A stretch of 64,000 nucleotides of DNA from a virus: IMG/VR virus record IMGVR_UViG_3300020810_001160, positions 36,594 to 100,593 of that record. One strand, written 5' to 3'. Numbering within the stretch: position 1 is the stretch's first letter; each line of letters starts with the position of its first letter. Made by a program: the position numbers and the translations under genes. A model generated the notes under the pieces. It was not told the DNA's origin and ran no database searches. It saw only the letters and a program-made list of their open reading frames with translations. This document shows, one piece after another, positions 9,299 to 21,200 of this stretch.

Positions 9299-12200
9299 AT
9301 GGCATACGATAATGATCAAAAAGATTTCGAATTGCCCGCAGGCAAAGACAATGGTAAAAGAAAGTCTGCTGAATTCTTACCTAAATATTTTAGAACTCCA
9401 GTAAATCAAAAATTTTTACACAGCACACTTGATCAATTAATTTCTCAAGGAACTCTTGAAAAGTTAAATGCTTATTACGGAAGAAAAGTTACAAGTGCTT
9501 ACACTTCAGGTGATTTATATGTGCCTGAAATAAGTGCTGATAGAGAAAACTATAAATTTGAACCATCTGTTGTTCAAAAAGATGATCTAGGAAATGTAAA
9601 TTTTTATTCAGATTATATCGATTTTGTAAATCAAATTGCCAACTATAATGGCGACACATCTAATCACAGTGTTTTGAATGCTCAAGAATATTATGCTTGG
9701 TCTCCTAAAATAGACTGGGACAAGTTTGTAAATTACAGAGAATATTTTTGGATGCCATATGGTGCATCTACAGTATCTATAAACGGACAACAACGAAATG
9801 TTGTCAGCACATACACAGTTACAAAAAGTGATCAAGGTGACAACTATGCTTACATTTTTACTCCAGATGGTTTAACGGCGAATCCTACATTAAAATTATA
9901 CAAAGGACAAACATACAAATTTGAAATTGATGCTGAAGGATTACCTTTGGTTTTTAGAACACAAAGAATATTAGACGAAAGTTATAATTTCAATGATGGT
10001 ATAGATGTTCAAGCAGTTGAAAAAGGCATAATAACTTTTCAGGTAAAAGATTCAACACCTGAAAAATTATATTATGGTTCATCAAATGATATCAATGCTT
10101 GGGGATTAATCCAAGTGTTTGACATTGAAGAGAATTCAGCCATCGATGTTACCAATGAAGTATTAGGTAAGAAAAATTATACCACTGCTGACGGAGTTGC
10201 TCTTTCTAATGGAATGAAAGTTAATTTCAAAGGCACAGTTACTCCAGCACAATATGCCGAAGGAGATTACTATGTAGAGGGTGTAGGCGAAGCAATTCAA
10301 CTTATTAATTCTCAGAATTTAGAAGTGGTCAGTAGTTTTACAAACAGTGTGCCCATTCCATTTGATTCCCAAAATTTTGATACAGTGGGTTTTGGAACAG
10401 CAACATCATATGCTGTCAATAAAGACTATGTGGTCATTAATAGATCATCACCAGAAGGAAGTCCATGGACAAGACACAATAGATGGATACATCGTTCAGT
10501 TATTGAAGCCAGTGCCAGTGCAAATGGTCAAGTTGCAGACATAGATCAAACTTCAAGAGCACGTAGACCTATTATAGAATTTGAAGCAGGTATTAAACTA
10601 TACAACTTTGGAACATCGAGCAAAGGCAATGTAGATTTAATAGACACAGTGACTAAAGATGTAATGAGCGACATAGAAGGATCTGAAGGATTCTACGTTG
10701 ATGGTATTGCTGTTACAAATGGTTTAAAAATATTGTTTACAGCAGATACAGATCCGTTGGTGAAAGATAAAATTTATCAAGTAAAATTTATAGACCTTGA
10801 ACTAAATGGAATAAAAACCAACCAAGTAAGTTTAGTAGAAGTTGCAAATGCTTCACCGAAAGAAGGTGAAACAGTTTTAGTTACTAATGGTGTAAAAAAC
10901 CAAGGCAAATGGTATCATTATAACAATGGTTGGAAAACATCACAAGCGAAAACAAAAACTAATCAAGCACCATTGTTTGATCTTTTTGATAGCAATGGCA
11001 ACAGTTACACAGATGATATATTATACCCAAACAGTTCGTTTCGGGGAAATAAAATATTTTCATATGCAGTCGGAACAGGCACTAACGATACTGAATTAGG
11101 ATTTCCATTAACTTATCAAAACGTTGAAAATGTTGGCGATATTGTTTTCAACTTTGATTTATTAAATCAATCATATGTGTATGAATCACAAACATTAAGT
11201 GGAACACTTGCTTCAGAAACAGCATTTTTAAAAAAATACAATGCTCAAGGACAATTTGCCACAGTGAATGGTTGGTCTAAGGCACCAACAAAAAGTTTTC
11301 AAAAAGTAAACAGACAATATGTAGCCAGCACTAATCAATTGAACGATTTTGCTGTAGACGTGTATGACAAAAGTGGTGATTTAAATGATTTAGGAGTAAA
11401 AGTTTTTGTTAACAACAAAAAGAAAACACAAAACGTTGATTGGTATATTTTAAGAGTAGATTCAGTTGCTTATGTAAAATTTTACACAAATCTAAAAGCC
11501 AATGATGTTGTTTTAATTAGAACAACCAGTGCCACTGACAAAAATGCTAATGGACATTATGAATTTCCAACAAATTTACAGTCTAATCCATTAAATGACA
11601 AAGTAGTTACATTCACAGTTGGACAAGTGACTGATCACGTAAAATCAATCACTAATGAGTTGACAGATATACAAGGTGTCACACCAGGAGTAAGCAATTT
11701 AAGAGATTTTCCAAATGCTACATTGTATGGAAGAAAATTTTTACAACACAGTGGACCAATGGTGTTGTCTTCATATTTGTTGAATAACAAAGAAGTCAAT
11801 TTAATTTCGGCAATATCACAAAGTCAAACAGACTACTACAAATTTAAAAGATCATTTGTGAGTGCTATGGACGATTTGGGATTTGACGGTACATCAGTAC
11901 AAATAGTTGATAAAATTTTAGAAAAACTTAATAAAGACTCCAACGATAATCTTCCTTATTTTCAAACAGATATGTTTGGAGTAGGTGCATATATTAGCAC
12001 AACACACGAAGTATTAGATGTAGACAGTAAATTTTTTGCTTTAAAAAACAGTCATAATCTTTCTACTCTATCAAATAAAGCAGTGTATGTGTATCTGAAC
12101 GGTGATCAATTACTTCACGCACATGACTATATTTTTACTGATGGTTTTGTTCAAGTAACTAAAACTTTAACTTTAGATGACACTATTGTTATTAATGAAT

Positions 12201-15200
12201 TTGAAACAACTAACGGAACATATGTACCACCTACACCGACTAAATTAGGATTATATCCAAAATATGTTCCTAAAAAATATTCAGACACAACCGCTTTAGA
12301 GCCAGTTAATGTTATTCAAGGACATGACGGTAGTATCGTTGTTGCATACAATGATTTTAGAGATGATGTTATTTTAGAACTAGAAAAAAGAATTTACAAT
12401 AATATAAAAGTTGTTTTTGATGAAAATTTATTTGAAATAAAAACTTTTATACCTAGAGCAAATTCAATCAACGAATTTACTGAAGCATCTATCAATAAAA
12501 CATTATTGGGCGATTTTAATGATTGGTTAACATTTATTGGAAACGAAGATTACACAGCCAACACTTACCAGTCTGATGAAAACAGTTTAACTTGGAATTA
12601 TTCTAACATGGTGTCACCGCAAGGGACTAAATTATCAGGATACTGGAGAGGTGTGTACAAATATGCTTATGACACAGACAGACCAAATATTACTCCTTGG
12701 GAAATGTTGGGGTACACAGAAGAACCATCTTGGTGGTCAACAGTGTACGGACCAGCACCATACACCGGAGACAATCTTGTGTTATGGCAGGATTTAGAAA
12801 AAGGAATTGTAAGAGAACCTAATAAAAAAATTATAATCAAAGACAAATATAAAAGACCAGGATTGACATCGCATATTCCAGTGGACAGTAATGGAAATAT
12901 AAAAAGTCCATTTGATAGTGCTTATGCCAGAGGTGCTGTATTACAATTAACTAAAGGAAACTTTAAATTTGGCGATCACGCTCCAATTGAAAATGCTTGG
13001 AGAAGAAGTGCTCATTATCCATTTGCTCTATTAAAAAGTTATATTTTACATAGACCTAATCAAGCAGTTGGTATTGGATTAGACATCAGTAGAACAAAAA
13101 GAAATGCAAGTGGTCAAATTGTTTATAATTCTTTAACAGCAATTAGACCTAAAGACATTGTATTTCCAAGCAGTATTGCAGATAAAACAATAAACTTAAC
13201 AGCAGGATTAATAAACTATATTTTTGAAGTGGTAGAAAACTCACTAACCACCAACTATGCTTCTTACAAAAAACAACTTACTGAATTAACAGTACAGATT
13301 GGATTTAAAATTAGAGGTTATAGCAACAAAAATAATTTCAAATTATTAATTGATAGTAAGACTCCGCTAAACAGTACGTCGTTGTTTGTACCAGATGAAA
13401 ATTATCAATTAATTTACAACGTTTCGGCACCTATCGAAATTTTAACTTATAGTGGACTGATCATAGAAAAATTAGCCAGCGGTTACAGTATAAAAGGTTA
13501 TGATAGAGATGACCCTTATGTAAGATATCACGCAGTGTATGAACAAACCAGTGATCCTGCAATTACAGTGGGAGGCATAAGTGCATCATTTGTAAATTGG
13601 AGCGAAAATAAACGTTACGATAGAGGTGCTTATGTAAAATATTCTGATGAGTTTTATGCTGTAGACGAAACACACGTTTCAGGATCAACATTTGATCTTT
13701 CTAAATTTTTAAAATTAATTGATCTGCCAACAGAAGGTGGCAGAACTGCAATCCTTAGAAAAAAATTCTTAACTGATGCTGTGGTAGAAATTCCATACGG
13801 TACTGTGTTTGATACAATTCAATCAGTTGTTGATGTAATTCTTGGATATGAATCATATCTAAAATCAAAAGGATTTAAATTTGATCAGTTTGATAGTCAG
13901 ACGGAATTAGTATCCAACTGGCAATTAAGTATGAAAGAATTTTTATTCTGGACTACACAAAATTGGGATGAAGGTGCAGTAATCAGTTTAAGTCCAGCCA
14001 GTAAAAAACTTGTATTAGAATCGAAATACTCTACAACTGACAATGTTGTGGATAATTTCTATTCATATGGTGTATTAAAAGAAGATGGAAAAAATTTAGA
14101 CAAAGAAAATTTAAGAATTACTAGAGAATCAAACACATTTGAATTGTTTACAAAAAACACTGTTAATGGAATTTACTTTGCTAAAATTCCTTTAGTACAA
14201 AAAGAACACGTGTGTTTAGTGGATAACTCAACGGACTTTAATGATTTAATCTACGATCCAGCAAGTGGTTACAAGCAAGATAGAATTAAAATGCTTGGTT
14301 ACATCACAGAGTGGGACGGCAGTTTAAATATTCCAGGATTTATCTATGACGAAGCCAAAGTAGTTGAATGGCAACCATACACAGATTATGCTATGAGCGA
14401 TGTGGTTAAACACAAAGAATTTTATTACACAGCCAATACAAAACTTAAAGGCACACAAGAATTTAATGACAATGACTGGCGAAGATTGGATGATAAACCA
14501 CGAAGTAGTTTATTGTCAAATTTTGATTACAAAACTAATCAGTTTGCTGATTTTTATGATCTTGACACAGACAACTTTGATAGTCAACAACAAAAACTAG
14601 CACAACATTTAATTGGGTATCAACCAAGAGAATATTTACGTAATATCATTAACGATGATGTGAGTCAATACAAATTTTATCAAGGTTTTATTAGAGAAAA
14701 AGGAACATCAAATGCTCTTAATAAATTATTTGATGCTTTAGCAAGTGCTGATAAAGAGAGTTTAGATTTCTATGAAGAATGGGCAATACGAAAAGGGCAA
14801 TATGGTGCTGTAGATACATTTGACGAAATAGAATACAATCTTGATGAATCTAAGTTTAGATTGAACCCACAACCTATTTTGTTAACAGATGACTCGGCAA
14901 ACACAGCATCTGATTTGGTTTATAGAATACAGTCTGGACAAACATATCTAGCACCCAAGGATTATACACACACGCCTTTTGCCATTAAGTATGACAAGAA
15001 TACTTACATTAAGACAGCAGGACCAGTTAATCCAATAGATATTTCTCTCACATTATCTCAGTATGAAGATATATTAACAAATTCTAATGTTAAAAATTTA
15101 CTTGAAGGACAATATGTTTGGATTGGAAATTACAATAAAAGTTGGACTGTTTTAAAATATACCAAAACAGAACAGCAAACAGTTTCAGTAGTAAAAACTG

Positions 15201-18200
15201 GATCAACAATCACAGTTAACACATTGAACACTGCTGTTATGAATGTAGGCGAAATTTTTGTAGTAAGTATTGACGGTGAAGATTATGTATTAAAATGTAC
15301 AACAGCAAATTCAACAACAATTCAATGTGAAGATAAAGAAGGATTTGTTTCAATAGATCCAGGAGTTGGTTACATTACACGATTTATAGAATATAGATTA
15401 GGTTCTATTGATGACATCAACACAGTAATAAACAATCAAGGATTAACAGATAATGAAAAATTCTGGATTGATGAAAGTAATGATGGCAAATGGAAAATAG
15501 TGAACAATAAATTTGTTTATAAAACACACAATGAAATAAGTTCAACAAGTACATCAGGCGATGAAAGTTTTGGCACAGTTATAGCCGCTAATAAACAAAA
15601 TTCTATAGTATTAGTAAGTCAACCATCAGATGGTGATGGAAAAATTTATGTTTTTTCTAGAGGATCGGAAAGCGGTTCATTAAAATTATTACAGACTATT
15701 GAAGCACCAACATCAGATTTATTACTAAATTCAGACTTGTTTAGTTCAAACAGTAGTTTTGGAAAAGCAGTGGATATTTCACCAGATGGAAATTTTGTAA
15801 TTATTGGTGCTCCTAATGCCGGAGATTTGAAAACGGAATACAAAGGAGTATACAATCCTGCTTCAAATTACAATGTAGGTAATATTGTTCAATACAAACA
15901 ACAACTTTGGAGAGCAACTAATCAAATAGAAGGTGCAGTGGCATCTGATTTATTTTCAACTTTTGACGCTTCAGCATTTTACAAAGAAAATATTGGTTTC
16001 TCAACAACCTCGCTGTTAATAGGTGACAGTGTATTTTCAAACGAAACCACAGATCACTTACTAATTAGAGGATCAGCAGATCAGTATTCAGCAACAAAAA
16101 TTGGTGACAAATTAATATTAAAATATCTTGATTTCAGTACAGAATATCCTATTGATAGAAACAATTACAACAAATCTGCTAATCAACCATTCAATGGAAT
16201 AGGTGCTCCTACTATTAAAAACAATGTGTTTAGTGGTGCTGAAATTTCAATTCAAGCAAAAGTAGATGAAATACTTCAAGTATCATTGACACTCAGAGAT
16301 GCTCCAGTGTCCAGTGTTGTAAGTACAAGCACAGCACAAGGTACTGTTGTGTACTCGAGAAAAATAGCAGGAAAGACTTTATTGTATTTGAAAGATGTTA
16401 GAGGTGTATTTTCTGCCAGTGGTAGTTTGTTATTGGATACTTTACCGATAGGAGATTACACTAGAGTAAACACAGAAGATTATGATCATCTTGGTGGATG
16501 GTGGAAAGTTGGCATAGGTGCTAGTGTATCCACTGGTGCAGGTGCTGATATATCAACGAACGTTGTAATTCAAGATATTAAATTATTAAATGAAACTAGA
16601 GATAGCAATTTGTTTTTCAGTTCTTTTGAACAACCAATTGTTCCTATAACACCACAAACTCCTTTAGTAAAAGCACAGTTTGGGTTAGGAACATACTATC
16701 AAAGATATTACATTAATCCAGCAAATAATTCTTGGCAAAGTAATTCAACTCCACAAGGAATATTAAGTAACAAATGGTTTGTTAGAACAGGATATGATAT
16801 TGCTCATGATGGTGGACTAAATTCTAGTAATTCAGCCAACAATGTAAGTGTTTGGTTCAATAACGTGGATCAAAATGCATTTGATTTTTCTGGGTTAAAC
16901 ATTGACAGCGATGACACTAACGGTATAAAAGAAGTTGTAGACATTTGGGAAGGTTATATTGATATAGATTCCCAACCAGACAATAATGCAAATTATTATT
17001 ATCCGGAAGCAGGTGTACACACTATATATGATCCTATAAAATTTGTTCAAGCAGATGTTACATTTGTACAGTTTATTGCTTTAGAAAAAATAAGAGTTTA
17101 TTTTAGAAATGCTAGAAACACAGTGGATCCAAATGGTTCAACGTTGTTCAGTCTAGGATCGAATGCAGGACAATCTGCAACCATTCAAAGACTGGGAGGC
17201 GGAGTTGATAGATTAATAGGATCTATTGAACAAGCAGTTCAATCAGGACCCAATGATGGAGATATTTTAGTATTTGAACACACAACACCAATCACAGCAT
17301 CAGGTGATCCTGCCGCATACACTGTGAATGATATAGAGTACTGGATATGGGACGAGTTTGAAAATGTTGCAGGTATTCAGCAACTTGCAAATATTCCTAG
17401 CAGTCAAAATAGAGATTGGTTACAGGTACACAATATTCCTATTGGTGAAGGAACAGCCAGCGGATTAACAAACCAAGGTGCATTTTTAGTTTATAAAAAG
17501 AACACAGCAGGACAATATGCATACAATTCAGCATTCACAGTACCGGACACACAATCTGGATTACGTTTAGGTTCAAAAATTCAAATACGCGATGTTGGGG
17601 ACACAACAGTTGCATTTATCAGTGCTGAAGGAAATGGTTCAAACGCTTTACCAGGTAAAGTTTATTTTATCAAATACAGTTCTACTAAAAATTGGTGGTT
17701 AGGTGTAGATGAAAACTACATGGGGCAGTTTGATCAAGATGCTGATTATTTAAAAGACGAATTAGTAATTTATAATAATCAACTGTACAAGGCAAAAACA
17801 AATATTAGTTCAGGTGCATGGACCAGCGACGTTTGGGAGTTACAAGATAGTCATGCAGATTATTTAGGTTATGTGCCTAACGATAGCGGAATAGAATTAC
17901 AAGGAGATTCAACATTAGATCAAAGTAAATTAATAAAATTTGCAAACACATTTGATGTTGATACAAATGGAGTTAATTTAGTTGTAACAAATCAATACAA
18001 TGACTCGAAACAAGATGTTATTGTTTACAGATTAGATAACAATCATTACACATACAAACAAACTATTTTACCACCGCAAGACTCTACTCCTGTAATTGAT
18101 TTTGGTGCAGATATCAGTATATCAGAAGACGGCGAATTAATTGCTGTAGGATCTCCATTGAAAGATTTAACAAATATTGATATGGGTGTGGTTTATGTTT

Positions 18201-21200
18201 ACAAAAAAGCCAGCAACGATACAGGTCTATACAATCTAAATCAAACACTAGTCAGCCCAGACAAAGAAACATCAGAACAATTTGGAAATACACTGTCATT
18301 CAGTGGCAATGTACTTGCTGTTTGTTCGTTAAAAGGTGATCAACAGGTAGATGATGGATCTACAGTTTTAGATGAAAGATATGATGTTGGTTCTGTACAT
18401 TTATTTGAAAAATTTGAAAGCACTTTACTATATGCTGAAAAATTCAGTTATGACAATTCTTTTACTCAATTTGGTACAAATTTATTAGTCAATAAAAACC
18501 ATGTATACATAGGTTTACCTAAATTACAAATAAATGGAAAACAAATGGGTACTGTGGTTGATTTTAGAAAATCTCCATTAGAGAATAATTGGAACAGTGT
18601 GCATGAAAGCAGTGACGGAATAGATCAACCAGATTTATCAAAAATACAAGGAATTTTCTTATACAACAAACGAACAAATACACTGTTAACAAGATTAGAT
18701 TATGTTGATCCTGTATTTGGTAAAATACCTGGACCAGCAGAATCAGAAATTTATTACAAAACTAATTATGATCCAGCAGTATACAATTCAAATTCAGCAG
18801 TTGGAAATATTGATACAACAAATCATTGGAACAGCAATCAAATAGGAAGACTGTGGTGGAACATCAGCACAGCACAATATTATTATCCTTATCAAAGTAA
18901 TATAATCTTTAATAATTCATACTGGAACAAACTTTTTGTAGGTGCTAGTATTGATGTGCATGAATGGGTTGAATCGGTCTACACACCATCTCAATACAAC
19001 ATTATCAGTCAGTCAGAAGAAGGTGAAGCATTAGGTATTACAGGAACAGTTGTTAATCCAACTGATTATGTAACCACAAAAGTTTATGATGATGTTGCTA
19101 AAGTTTTATCAAACAAATATTATTTCTGGGTTAAAGGCAAAACCACTGTGCCTGAAATGGAATCACGAACATTAAGTGCCAACGCTGTTGAAAATTTAAT
19201 AAAAGATCCAAAAGGTCAAGGATACAAATATGTAACTATTTTTGGCAAAAACAAATTTGCTATTGTTAACTGTGATGAATTTATACAGGACAAAGATACA
19301 GTTATCAGTTTTAGAATCAAAAGAATTGATAGTAAAAATAATGTTCATAAAGAATATGCTTTATTAACTGAAGGTTTAGGAACAAGTACACTACCTAAAG
19401 AAATTGAAACAGTTTGGTTTAACAGTCTAATAGGATATGATGCTCAATACAATCCAGTGCCTGATCCAACATTGAGTGAAAAATTAAGATACGGAACACT
19501 GCAATATCCAAGACAGAGTTGGTTTATAAACAAACAAGAAGCACTAAAACAAACAGTGGAAAGAATTAATTCTGTTTTACTACAAAATCTAATTGTAGAT
19601 GAGGTTGATCTTTCATCGCTTACACAATCAGATCCTGCACCAAAAATAAACACAGGATTATTTGATGTTGCAATTGACACAGAAAAAGATTTAGATTTTG
19701 TAGGTGTTGGATCAGTAAAAACTGCTTCAATTAATATTACAGTTGAAAACGGAAAAATAATTAATGTAACAATCGCAGATCCTGGCAAAGGATACAAATC
19801 TATTCCAACGTACAAAATAAAAAGTATCACAGGAGAAGGTGCTGTAATTGGTTTGACTATAGATATAAATGGTTCAATCAACAGTGCTAGAATATTGTCG
19901 CAAGGTAAAAATTATGCAGATACTACAACAGTTGAAATTAGAAATTACAGTGCTCTTGTACAAGCAGACAGCACAGTTGATGGCAAATGGGCAATTTATA
20001 GTTACAGTGCAACTGATGGTTGGCAAAAATCAAAAATACAAGCCTACAATGTAAATTTATATTGGAACTATGCTGATTGGTATGCAACAGGATACAATCA
20101 ATTCACAGCAATAGACCATGTGATATCTCAAAGTTATGAAATAACCGCAATAGATGATACAATAGGACAAATAGTTAAGATTCAAAACATTGGAGCAGGT
20201 GGTTGGTTACTACTGAAAAAAATCGGTAATCAAGCAGATGTCGATTACACAGTTAATTATGAAACTGTTGGAAGACAAAACGGAACAATTCAGTTCACAG
20301 ATAAACTTTATGTTTACAGTGGAAATGTTGGATTTGATTCTAATAGTTTCGATATTCAATTGTACGATAGACAACCGATTCAAGAAACTAGAACAATATT
20401 AGAAACTGTAAGAGACAAAATATTTGTTGAAGAACTGGCAGTTGAATACAATAAATTATATTTTGCTGGCATTCATTACGCACTATCAGAAAACAAATTA
20501 AATGATTTTGTTTTTAAAACAAGTTTTGTAAAAGCACAACACAATGTGGGCGAACTGGAACAGAAAATAACATTTAAAAATGATAATCTATCTAACTATG
20601 AAGATTATGTTCAAGAAGTAAAACCTTATAAAACTAAAATTAGAGAATATGTAAGTTCATATCAAAAAACAGAACCTACCAATTCTGTAATCACAGACTT
20701 TGATTATCCACCTAAATATGTAAATGGTATAATCACACCGTCAAAAGTTACAGTTGTAAATGACACATTGGTTGGTGCTGAGAATGTTAAGACTTATCCA
20801 GATAAAAACTGGAAAGACAATGTTGGTTTTAAAATTACAGCAATTAATATAGCCAATCCTGGTACATTATATACTAACCCACCTACTGTTAATATTACAG
20901 GTGGCGGTGGAACAGGTGCAACTGCTAGAGCATACATCAAAAATGGTTCAGTGAACAGAATAGTTGTGATCAACACAGGATCTGGTTATATATCGGCTCC
21001 TACAATTACATTGAGTGGATCAACAACAGGCGTTACAGCCAAGGCAAGTGCTGTATTGGGTGAAAGTTTACCTCGTACTACTCACATTGGAATTAAGTTT
21101 GATAGAAACACTGGAACAACATTAATTAGTAATTTACAAAGAACAGAAACATTTGTTGGCAATAACAGTCAGTTAAAGTTCAAATTAAAATGGCCGATGG

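Noticed and set aside
14047-14055. Second DnaA-box sequence (TGTGGATAA)
   Set aside because: Inside a coding region and isolated; it shows the 9-mer can occur by chance, so no replication origin is claimed
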